DNA of 64,000 nt from Promethearchaeota archaeon (GTDB lineage: Archaea > Asgardarchaeota > Thorarchaeia > Thorarchaeales > Thorarchaeaceae). The notes below the pieces were generated by a model. It did no database searches and was not told where the DNA came from. It saw nothing but the letters and a program-made list of their open reading frames with translations. Positions 18,856 through 27,545 of the stretch are shown piece after piece (position 1 is the stretch's first letter; every line of letters begins with the position of its first letter). The position numbers were made by a program, and so were the translations under genes. Where the stretch lies: positions 1 through 64,000 of the forward strand of contig WJMJ01000034.1 of NCBI GenBank assembly GCA_014728035.1. Reading direction: 5' to 3'.

Positions 18856-20745
18856 ATGAGAATGCTACAGATACACAGTGATGGATTTTCATTTGAAGCA
18901 AAGAAAAAAGCTATCAAATCTGCAGAAAAAATAGAGCAAAAGAAATACTTGACCAAAGACTCCTGTCTGGTGAATTTTATAGCAGCCGAGACCTCCGATA
19001 CACACGACATTGATCGAGCTGCTGAATTAACCACCAAGATGATTGAAGATGCAGCAAAAGAAGTGAAAGAGAACCATATTATCATTTATCCTTGGGTGCA
19101 TCTATCAGAGAAGCCATCTCCTCCAAATGCAGCTTTGAAGCTGTTGAAGAAGATAGAGAAACTTCTCAAAGAAAAAGAATTTGATGTCTTTCGAGTGCCA
19201 TTTGGTTGGTACAAAGCATTTGCCATTCATTGTAAAGGACATCCGTTAGCTGAACGTTCAAAGGTATTAGACCTGACGGAGGTTGCTAAGAGCGACGATG
19301 ACGATACAACTGAAGGAGAAGATCTTACTGCACTGAAAGCAGAACAAGAAGCGATCTCGAAATTTTTCATAATGGAACCAGATGGAAAGATGACCGAGTT
19401 CGACAAATTCGATTACACTGGATATGAAGAATTACGACTCTATGTTAATTACGAGACCGCAAAAGATAGAACCGCACATGATCCTCCAGCACATATTGAT
19501 CTAATGAAACAACTAGAACTAGTAGATTATGAGCCAGGTTCAGATGCAGGAAACTTTCGTTGGCCTTCCAGAGGTTTAACTTTGAAGAGAGCTATTGAGA
19601 AGCGAGTCACACAAGAAATGGTAGATTATGGCGCTCATGTGCTTCAAACCCCTCTAATATATGACTATCAGCATCCGGCTCTCAAATCGTATATGCAACG
19701 ATTCCCCTCAAGACAATATGTGGTCCGGTCAGGAAACAAGGATTACTTTGCTAGATTCTCAGCCTGTTTCGGTCAATTTCTCCTGATATCTCAAGCACAG
19801 GTATCCTACAAGCAGTTACCTCTCAAATTGTTTGAGATTGCACCATCTTATCGAAGAGAGCAAAGTGGTGAATTAGCAGGAATGCGAAGACCAAGAGCAT
19901 TCACTATGCCTGATATCCACGAGATTGTTAGTGACATCGAGATGGCAAAAGAAGCTGTGCTAAATCAGCTGGTCTTTGTCGAGAAATTGATGACCGAACT
20001 AGAAATAGAATATGAGGTATCATTCAGATTCCACAAACCTTTCTTTGAGGAAAATAAAGAATTCATTGATTCAGTCATTCAAAAGATAGGTAAGCCTGTA
20101 ATGATTGAAGTTTTTGAGCAAAGGTACGCATACTTTGTTTTCAAAGGTGAATGGAATGTTGTTGATGACCAAGATAAGGCCGCATGTTTGGGAACAATTC
20201 AGATAGATGTTGAAAACGGAGAACGATTCGATATAACCTATGTTGATGAAGAAGGTGAGAAGAAGCACCCTCTAATTCTGCACACATCCCCATCAGGTTC
20301 AATCGAAAGGATTCTTTATGGTGTGCTTGAGCAGGCAGTTAAGGATATGAAGAAAGGTAAGAAACCAATGTTGCCTGTTTGGATGACGCCTGTGCAAGTT
20401 CGTCTTGTACCTGTTGATGAAAGTATGGTTGACTACTGTCAAGAAATCGGAAAGGAGCTTGATGAAGCAGGCATTCGTTACGAGATTGATGACCGGGACC
20501 AAACTGTTGGCAAGAAGATTCGAGCTGCTGAGAAATTGTGGATTCCATACACCTGTGTGATTGGTGACAGAGAAAAGGAATCTGGAAAACTCTCAGTTAG
20601 AAGAAGAGTAGAAAAAGACCAAGTGAAGATACCTTTGACAGAGCTTAAAGATATGATTCACGAGATAACTTCGTTTGCACCTAACCAACGGTTGCTTCTT
20701 CCTACTTTGATATCAAAACAAGCAATATTCTCTAGAACCGTATAG
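18856..20745 (+). CDS. thrS: Threonyl-tRNA synthetase (archaeal type, N-terminal editing domain)
   Basis: MRMLQIHSD, YPWVHLS, PFGWYKAF..HCKGHPLAE, RFSACFGQF, SYRREQSGEL, FTMPDIH, HTSPSGSIER, anticodon domain; GAGGT RBS before ATG 18856. Confidence 0.97.
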   Translation: MRMLQIHSDGFSFEAKKKAIKSAEKIEQKKYLTKDSCLVNFIAAETSDTHDIDRAAELTTKMIEDAAKEVKENHIIIYPWVHLSEKPSPPNAALKLLKKIEKLLKEKEFDVFRVPFGWYKAFAIHCKGHPLAERSKVLDLTEVAKSDDDDTTEGEDLTALKAEQEAISKFFIMEPDGKMTEFDKFDYTGYEELRLYVNYETAKDRTAHDPPAHIDLMKQLELVDYEPGSDAGNFRWPSRGLTLKRAIEKRVTQEMVDYGAHVLQTPLIYDYQHPALKSYMQRFPSRQYVVRSGNKDYFARFSACFGQFLLISQAQVSYKQLPLKLFEIAPSYRREQSGELAGMRRPRAFTMPDIHEIVSDIEMAKEAVLNQLVFVEKLMTELEIEYEVSFRFHKPFFEENKEFIDSVIQKIGKPVMIEVFEQRYAYFVFKGEWNVVDDQDKAACLGTIQIDVENGERFDITYVDEEGEKKHPLILHTSPSGSIERILYGVLEQAVKDMKKGKKPMLPVWMTPVQVRLVPVDESMVDYCQEIGKELDEAGIRYEIDDRDQTVGKKIRAAEKLWIPYTCVIGDREKESGKLSVRRRVEKDQVKIPLTELKDMIHEITSFAPNQRLLLPTLISKQAIFSRTV

Positions 20746-20883
20746 GATCATTTCAAAATCTGCTTGCAGATAGCAATACTATCTGTTTAAGCAGATATAT
20801 TATTATTAAAATAGATAGTTGCTTATACGGAACTATTTTTACGTGGAGTGTCAATATACTGGATATTCCGGTGGAAGAAAAGT

Positions 20884-22026
20884 ATGAAAGTACTAGTATT
20901 AGGTGCAGGTTTAATGGGGCACGGTGCCTCGTATGACTTGGTTCGTAGTGATAGTGTGGAAAAAATTATCATTGCTGATATTGACAAAGAACGAGCTGAA
21001 AAGCTAGCAGAAGAAATGGGACCAAAAGCTACAGCACAAAAAGTGGATGCAAGCAATAGAGATGAGCTTGTTAAAGTATTCTCCAAAGTTGACGTAGTGA
21101 TTAGTGCTGTTAGCTATAAGGTCAACCACTTACATACTGAGGTAGCTATTGAAACAGGAACTCATTTGTGTGACCTAGGTGGCAATTTCAAAGTAGTAGA
21201 AAAACAGCTTGAACTGCACGAAAGAGCAAAAGAAGCTGGAGTGACAATCATACCTGATTGTGGTTTAGCACCTGGTATGGTCAGTGTTCTTGCAAGAGCA
21301 GCCATTGAAGGAATGACGAAAACAGAAGAGCTGAAGATTCGAGTTGGAGGGCTTCAACAAGAACCTAGACCCCCACTTAACTATGCATTGATATTCTCTG
21401 TTGAAGGATTGATTAACGAATATGTCGAAAAATGCATGGTACTAAGAGATGGAAAGATAGCCTACGAAGACCCATTAGTTGGATTTGAACAAATTGAATT
21501 TCCAGATCCTTTTGGAAAACTCGAAGCATTCAATACTAGTGGAGGTACCTCAACACTTCCCCTCACATACGAAGGAGTCATAGATAGTCTGGATTACAAG
21601 ACCATTAGATATCCTGGTCATGGACATAAAATGTGGACTCTCATGAAATTGGGTTTAATGGATAGCACACTTCAAGATTTTGACGGTGTGAAAATCGCTC
21701 CTAGAACTGTCCTTGAACGTCTCTTAGAGAGAAATCTTCCTGAAACATCGAAAGATGCTACTCTTGTTCGTGTTTCAACTTCTGGCTGGAAAGGAACAGA
21801 ATCCCGCTGCATTGACTATGAGATAGTTGATTATTACGATGATGACTCAGGTCTTACATCAATGATGCGTACCACTTCGTTTACTGCATCGGTAGCAGCG
21901 ATAATGATGGGAGATGGTAGAATCACAGAGAGAGGTGTAGTACCACCTGAAAGATCAATCCCACCAGAACCATTCATCGATGAATTACGTGCAAGAGGAA
22001 TTGACATTAAAGAACGCATCTACTAG
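20884..22026 (+). CDS. Saccharopine dehydrogenase / lysine 6-dehydrogenase family protein
   Basis: MKVLVLGAGLMG, DLGGN, PDCGLAPG, FSVEGLINEY, AFNTSGG, YKTIRYPGH, SMMRTT. Confidence 0.9.
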   Translation: MKVLVLGAGLMGHGASYDLVRSDSVEKIIIADIDKERAEKLAEEMGPKATAQKVDASNRDELVKVFSKVDVVISAVSYKVNHLHTEVAIETGTHLCDLGGNFKVVEKQLELHERAKEAGVTIIPDCGLAPGMVSVLARAAIEGMTKTEELKIRVGGLQQEPRPPLNYALIFSVEGLINEYVEKCMVLRDGKIAYEDPLVGFEQIEFPDPFGKLEAFNTSGGTSTLPLTYEGVIDSLDYKTIRYPGHGHKMWTLMKLGLMDSTLQDFDGVKIAPRTVLERLLERNLPETSKDATLVRVSTSGWKGTESRCIDYEIVDYYDDDSGLTSMMRTTSFTASVAAIMMGDGRITERGVVPPERSIPPEPFIDELRARGIDIKERIY

Positions 22027-22038
22027 AACCGAATGGAT

Positions 22039-22079
22039 AACCAAGCTATCACATTTCAGGTAGCTTGGTTTCTTCTTTT
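22039..22079 (+). terminator. Stem-loop plus pyrimidine/T tract
   Basis: AACCAAGCTA-N12-TAGCTTGGTT (10-bp perfect stem), then TCTTCTTTT, 12 bp after the stop. Confidence 0.65.
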
Positions 22080-22332
22080 GAAGAAATATTCTATGACTTT
22101 TTCTCCACATCCTAGGTATTCTGTTTGGAAGGACATTTCTTTAGAACTGTCAAAGAAAGAGATGAAACTGTCACCATTCATGAAGGTTAAGATACATATT
22201 AAAAATATTTGATAATTTGATATACTAAAACCTGGATAGATTCTCGATTCCTACTAAAAGATATCAGATGATTTTCAATCATTCTAGGAACTATTATCAG
22301 TCAATCATGTATCTCATTCTTGAGGTTTAGGA

Positions 22333-23553
22333 ATGAAATATGGCCACATATATGAGAAAATACTTGATGCTCGTACCGTTCTGAAAGATATTAAACACAC
22401 AACCAGACTTGATCATTCTCGAACCTTTAGTAAGTTCGCCGGTGGAGAGGTATATCTGAAATTGGAAAACCTACAGAAGACTGGTTCATTCAAGGTACGA
22501 GGCGCAGCTTATGCAATGTCACAATTAACAGATAGCGAGAAAGAAGCAGGGGTGGTCGCTGCTTCTGCAGGAAATCACGCACAGGGCGTAGCTTATGCAG
22601 CAACTCGCCTAGGAATAAAATCTACCATAATAATGCCAATTTTTTCGCCAGTTGCCAAGATACAAGCTACAGAGAGTTATGGAGCAGAAGTAGTGCTTTA
22701 TGGAACAGCATTTGATGACGCTCTAGCCCATGCTATAGAGATTTCTGAAAAGACCAAAGCAACATTTCTACACCCTTTCAATGATGAAGATGTAATTGCA
22801 GGACAAGGAACAATTGGACTTGAGATATTAGAAGAATTACCAGATGTTGATGTTATTGCAGTACCAGTCGGAGGTGGAGGTCTAGCATCAGGCATTGCGA
22901 TTGCAGCTAAACATCAAAGACCGGAAATAGAAGTCTATGGTGTTGAAGCTAAGAGTGCTGACGCTATGAAAGAATCATTAACAGCTAACAAGTTAGTAGG
23001 TGTAGAAGGGCTAGATACTATTTGTGATGGCATAGCAGTTAAAAAACCAGGGCCAATCACATTTGAAATCGCCAAAGATCTTCTCGAGGGAGTTGTAACC
23101 GTTGATGAATTTGAAGTTACTCGGACATTATTCCATCTATTAGAACGAGCCAAGATAGTTGTTGAACCTGCAGGATGTGTTGGACTTGCAGCTATGCAGC
23201 ATGGTATCATTGATGTGAAAGGCAAGAAGGCAGTAGCTATTCTATCAGGAGGCAACATCGATATGAGTATGATGTCAAGATTGATTGAAAAAGAACTATT
23301 CCGACTTGGTCGTTCAGTCAGAGTCAAGGGCGTTATCCTAGATAGGATTGGTAGCATGAACAAAGTTCTAGAGATAGTAGCAGAATCTGGTGTAAGTGTC
23401 GTTCAAATTCAACAGGATAGAAGTGACCCAGACATTGCCCCAAATAAAGCTGAATTAGAATTGGTTCTTGAGGTTCCAGACCAATCAGCCGTTGATAGAA
23501 TGCTAAAACTCCTGAAAGACAAAGGGATGGAATTTGAAATACATGAAGATTGA
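22333..23553 (+). CDS. ilvA: Threonine ammonia-lyase (threonine dehydratase, single C-terminal ACT domain)
   Basis: KLENLQKTGSFKVRGA, ASAGNHAQG, VPVGGGGL, LSGGNID, ACT domain. Confidence 0.93.
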   Translation: MKYGHIYEKILDARTVLKDIKHTTRLDHSRTFSKFAGGEVYLKLENLQKTGSFKVRGAAYAMSQLTDSEKEAGVVAASAGNHAQGVAYAATRLGIKSTIIMPIFSPVAKIQATESYGAEVVLYGTAFDDALAHAIEISEKTKATFLHPFNDEDVIAGQGTIGLEILEELPDVDVIAVPVGGGGLASGIAIAAKHQRPEIEVYGVEAKSADAMKESLTANKLVGVEGLDTICDGIAVKKPGPITFEIAKDLLEGVVTVDEFEVTRTLFHLLERAKIVVEPAGCVGLAAMQHGIIDVKGKKAVAILSGGNIDMSMMSRLIEKELFRLGRSVRVKGVILDRIGSMNKVLEIVAESGVSVVQIQQDRSDPDIAPNKAELELVLEVPDQSAVDRMLKLLKDKGMEFEIHED

Positions 23554-23745
23554 TCCAGTATAATCATTCTAGGATATCATGCATCCTACGTTCGGTATAT
23601 CACATTAACCAATGACATTTCATGTTGTTAGCTTCATTGACAGCAATTGCATAATGTCAAGGATAAAACTTCTAATAATTGTGCAGGTGATATTATCAAG
23701 AAAATACTAGGATATATATGACACGAAAGCTGGAAAAAGTGTGAA

Positions 23746-24129
23746 ATGACAGACGTAACTAGCATCATAATTGCAGATGATGAGCCTTTGCTCGTTGATC
23801 TATATTGTGATGCAATATCTAGTCAAGGCTTTCATATAACAAGGACATTTCAAAATGGCCGTGAACTAATGAATTTCCTGATGAGTACAAATGGAAGGAA
23901 GGTCATTATATTAGACCATCTTATGCCACTCTGTGACGGAATATCTATTGTTAGGAAAATCAAAAAGAATGTAAACGCAAAAGATCACTATTTCATTCTA
24001 GTTACTGGAGATGTGTCCTCAGTAGCCGAGGCTGAGAAAGCAGGTGCGGATGAAATACTCATAAAACCCTTCAGAATGCACATGCTGACGAAAGCTATCA
24101 ATAATGGCTTATCGATACTACAACAATAA
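23746..24129 (+). CDS. Stand-alone response regulator receiver protein
   Basis: IIADDE, ILDHLMPLCDG (phosphoacceptor Asp), VTG, GAD...KPF. Confidence 0.85.
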   Translation: MTDVTSIIIADDEPLLVDLYCDAISSQGFHITRTFQNGRELMNFLMSTNGRKVIILDHLMPLCDGISIVRKIKKNVNAKDHYFILVTGDVSSVAEAEKAGADEILIKPFRMHMLTKAINNGLSILQQ

Positions 24130-24137
24130 CATATTAG

Positions 24138-25850
24138 CTAGATTATTGATAATATGATAATAGTATAGATCAATGTACTCAAGACTATTGCTGGCAGGGG
24201 ATTTTTCATTTTTATTGTAGCCCAAGTAATAGTTACAGTACTTATAATCATGAGAAATGCGAAATAGATCATAAAAACTGCTACTTGAAATCCGAGGAAA
24301 ACATTAGAAATTGCAAGTAATACTACGGTATCAACGATGACTAGCATTACGAACGTTCTGGCAGCCAAAGCAAAGATGAAATTTGACATCTCGGGATATC
24401 TGTTATCCCATTCTCTTTCCGCAATGTTAAAACCGCGAATAATCAAGGATTCTACAAATACGTAGAGAAAGATAGGACCAATTATGAGGATACCTTTCAG
24501 AATAGTTGACTGACTCTGTAACACAGTGAAGAAGTCGAGAACAAAGGAAAACTCGAGAATAGTAATTAGGGGAGCTAGATACATCCAGATAATTATCCAG
24601 AAAATGCACAGTCCAGAAATAATCAGAGAAACAATCCAATCAGTAATACCTTTTTCTGAATTCCGCTGAAAGACATTCGTAGTATTGAATATCATCTTCT
24701 TTGTGTCTTTGTTATTTCCTAAAGACAATACAAAAGCTGCAAAATATAGACTGATTAAAATGCTTGCTATTAATGATATTATAGAATAAGAGAAACTCAA
24801 AAGAATTACAAGTAGAATTGATGTAAGACTAGCAAGACCGGAAGATAATCCAAATGAATTAATCATATTTGGAGCAAGTTCATTCTTCCCTAACTGTTGT
24901 GGTTGTATTCTTCTTGGAAATATCGAAATGATAATTGTGAATAGTGGAACTAATGTCCCAAAGAAAAATAGTGGAGCCAAGAACTGAGTATAGTATCCAT
25001 AATGAAATACAACAGCAGATGTTGGCAAAGTTTTGTTGAACTGTTCATTCCCTTGAACACTTCTAACTGACCATTCAACAGATGAGACCGTCGTATCAAT
25101 ATCGTTCAGTTGCATATCATATTGAGTAGGAAAAATAGTGAACTTGTAGGCAGTCTGATTTTCGAAGGACCCGTAAGTTTCTCCCAGTGAGATTTCTGAC
25201 TCTCCGGTTACATTCATTAATGATTCAGTAATCGAATCGAGCGATGTGGAGTTATATCCCATTGCAAAATACGTGTTCCCCGGTAAGGAGATTGCATCAG
25301 GAATGCTAATCATATCAGAATTTCCTATGGCAACATATGATAGAGGCTCGTTGGATGATACATTCATAGATAGAGCAATTTGAAATCCAACAGAATAACC
25401 AATTACACCATAAGTATCATTGGATAGCCGAGCATTCCTATTTGTATAATTTAGAAAAACAAAATAGATGTCCTGAGCTATAATATCGATTTGTGTCTGG
25501 TTAATTCCTGATGCAGAAACTGGCTCCTCACTGGATAAATCAAAAGACATCACAGTAAAATTTCGTCTGGCTAATTCTATATTCACTGCGTATAGAGATT
25601 CAAAAGATTGCCCCAAATCAGGGATAGTGACTATGACAGGCATTTTTTCGTAGTATGAACGGATTCTTGGAGAATAAACCTTGCATGTAAGATTATAACC
25701 AGAGATACTTTCAATCTCAACGGTCTGATACTCTATATCACCAAATCCAGTACTTGCAGAAAAACCAAGATAAAGGGAAGAAAGAGTGAGAATAGAGAGA
25801 ACAAGTAGTGTGAAATAATGATATTCTTGGTCCATATTAGTCACTCTCAC
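24138..25850 (-). CDS. Membrane protein: extracellular alpha/beta-hydrolase-fold domain plus multi-TM C-terminus
   Basis: N-terminal TM, P.IV.I, ELARRNFTVMSFD, GYSVG nucleophile elbow, then about 8 TM helices. Confidence 0.65.
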   Translation of the reverse strand: MRVTNMDQEYHYFTLLVLSILTLSSLYLGFSASTGFGDIEYQTVEIESISGYNLTCKVYSPRIRSYYEKMPVIVTIPDLGQSFESLYAVNIELARRNFTVMSFDLSSEEPVSASGINQTQIDIIAQDIYFVFLNYTNRNARLSNDTYGVIGYSVGFQIALSMNVSSNEPLSYVAIGNSDMISIPDAISLPGNTYFAMGYNSTSLDSITESLMNVTGESEISLGETYGSFENQTAYKFTIFPTQYDMQLNDIDTTVSSVEWSVRSVQGNEQFNKTLPTSAVVFHYGYYTQFLAPLFFFGTLVPLFTIIISIFPRRIQPQQLGKNELAPNMINSFGLSSGLASLTSILLVILLSFSYSIISLIASILISLYFAAFVLSLGNNKDTKKMIFNTTNVFQRNSEKGITDWIVSLIISGLCIFWIIIWMYLAPLITILEFSFVLDFFTVLQSQSTILKGILIIGPIFLYVFVESLIIRGFNIAEREWDNRYPEMSNFIFALAARTFVMLVIVDTVVLLAISNVFLGFQVAVFMIYFAFLMIISTVTITWATIKMKNPLPAIVLSTLIYTIIILSII

Positions 25851-25974
25851 ACGATTCTAGTTATGTTTGATGAATAAAGGTGACGGTGCTACTCGTTTTT
25901 TTCCTCTCGGGAATGCTGAATTGACAAATAAAATAAACAAACCCGAGGAGTGTATCTAGATATTCCAATTCGCT

Positions 25975-27510
25975 GTGATAGAATTGATTCGTAAGTTAAA
26001 TGTGATAGCAATAGTTTTCATAACACTAATGATTCTCCCATTTTTTGTGAATATAGAGCATGAATCAACACAGACAGTTGACCACCAAACACACAGTGAT
26101 GCTCCAGTTCGTTCTCATAATTCAGAGGATAATTTCCTAACATGGACATCCAGAACAAATATCGAACATACTAGAGTAATGAACGATACATCAATTTCTG
26201 GAGACCATATCAAACTAGCTATCAATCACGATACAGCGTCATATTCGAATTTTTCATCTGAGATTGAAATTAGGACATCGGGGTATCTAAACAAGACGTA
26301 TACTGGAGAGCTAGTGGTTCCTGATGAGGGGTATACATTTACTAATAGCCCAGTTTATGGATATGAGGATCAATATGTATGGATTGAGATTACAGGTTTG
26401 CAGCATGGTTATCCTGTTTTTCTTACAGGCACATTTACCAATTTAGATACTGATTTTTTGGGATTTGCAGGACATATTCCAAGTAGTGAGTACAGTTATG
26501 AAAGTAATACTCTGGGGAATAGAATGGTATCCCAACAATATCCTGAAACAACCTCTGTGTATTGGAATTTCCCTTCAGACACCTTGAGGATTGCTATTTT
26601 TTCTTGGTCTCATGACGGTGGAAATTACACGCTTCATGTGGAGCAAGGACGAACTTGGGAGAAGTCTGTTGTAAATGAGTTAGTCGAGTTTGATACATAT
26701 CAACTAGCAGATAATTTCACGGTAGATATCAACGCTTCAGTGATATCGGAAACTCAAACTCTATTCTTTCATTATTCTAATATCGAGATTAGTAATTTCT
26801 TTGCTGCAACTGTCAATAACATCCAGGTAGTAAACACACAATCGCTGGCATATCTATCATGGAATATAACTGATAGGAACATAGATGAAACTCATGTTTG
26901 CGAAATTCATATATCGAGGGCAAGTTCATTTAGTAGTTCTCTATTAGGATATGCAAATAATGAGTGGGTTTTTGAATACAATTTTACCAACTTCATTCTT
27001 GCTGACGACTATTATTTCATAATTCGAGCGATAGACTCTGGTGGTGTTTTGGGAGTTGGAGAATCAGAGGAAATTAGAGTAGGTACGCGATTTGACGTTC
27101 CATCAAGAATACTAAGAGAAATAGAAATACAAGGGGCTGAATTATTCACATTCATTAATGGGACAATAGATAACATTTTACGAATGCGTTTCTCTGGAAA
27201 CGAATCATTTCAGTTCAGAATTTTACTTGATAATAGCGTTATCCAGCATGATATCTGGAAAGAAGGAATAGTAGAAATAAATTTGGACTTCTTAGAACCA
27301 GGGACATACACCTTGACAATAGAAGCCTCCTCCCTGATACGTTCAGCTTATGGGAGGAATGAAGTTACTATTGTTGTACATAAGCCAGTATTTCATAAGA
27401 ATGCATATTTGCAATATGACATCGTTCTGATCAGTATGGGATGCTTCGTGTTTTCATTTTCTGTGCTTATTGGTGAACTTCTTATTTCATGTAAGATTAG
27501 AAAAAAATAG
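25975..27510 (+). CDS. Membrane-anchored surface protein (beta-sandwich/Ig domains), paralog of 30456..31997
   Basis: Signal peptide, C-terminal TM, motifs shared with 30456 (WTS, GDH, TFTNxDTD, M.SQ..PE, DTY, NFF, W.I.DRN). Confidence 0.75.
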   Translation: MIELIRKLNVIAIVFITLMILPFFVNIEHESTQTVDHQTHSDAPVRSHNSEDNFLTWTSRTNIEHTRVMNDTSISGDHIKLAINHDTASYSNFSSEIEIRTSGYLNKTYTGELVVPDEGYTFTNSPVYGYEDQYVWIEITGLQHGYPVFLTGTFTNLDTDFLGFAGHIPSSEYSYESNTLGNRMVSQQYPETTSVYWNFPSDTLRIAIFSWSHDGGNYTLHVEQGRTWEKSVVNELVEFDTYQLADNFTVDINASVISETQTLFFHYSNIEISNFFAATVNNIQVVNTQSLAYLSWNITDRNIDETHVCEIHISRASSFSSSLLGYANNEWVFEYNFTNFILADDYYFIIRAIDSGGVLGVGESEEIRVGTRFDVPSRILREIEIQGAELFTFINGTIDNILRMRFSGNESFQFRILLDNSVIQHDIWKEGIVEINLDFLEPGTYTLTIEASSLIRSAYGRNEVTIVVHKPVFHKNAYLQYDIVLISMGCFVFSFSVLIGELLISCKIRKK

Positions 27511-27537
27511 AAAGAGAGGAAGCTCCATAACTGGAGC
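27501..27537 (-). terminator. Stem-loop plus U-rich tract after ppdK
   Basis: GCTCCA-TAAC-TGGAGC (27522-27537), then TTCCTCTCTTTCTATTTTTTT on the minus strand. Confidence 0.55.
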
Positions 27538-27545
27538 ATATCATC

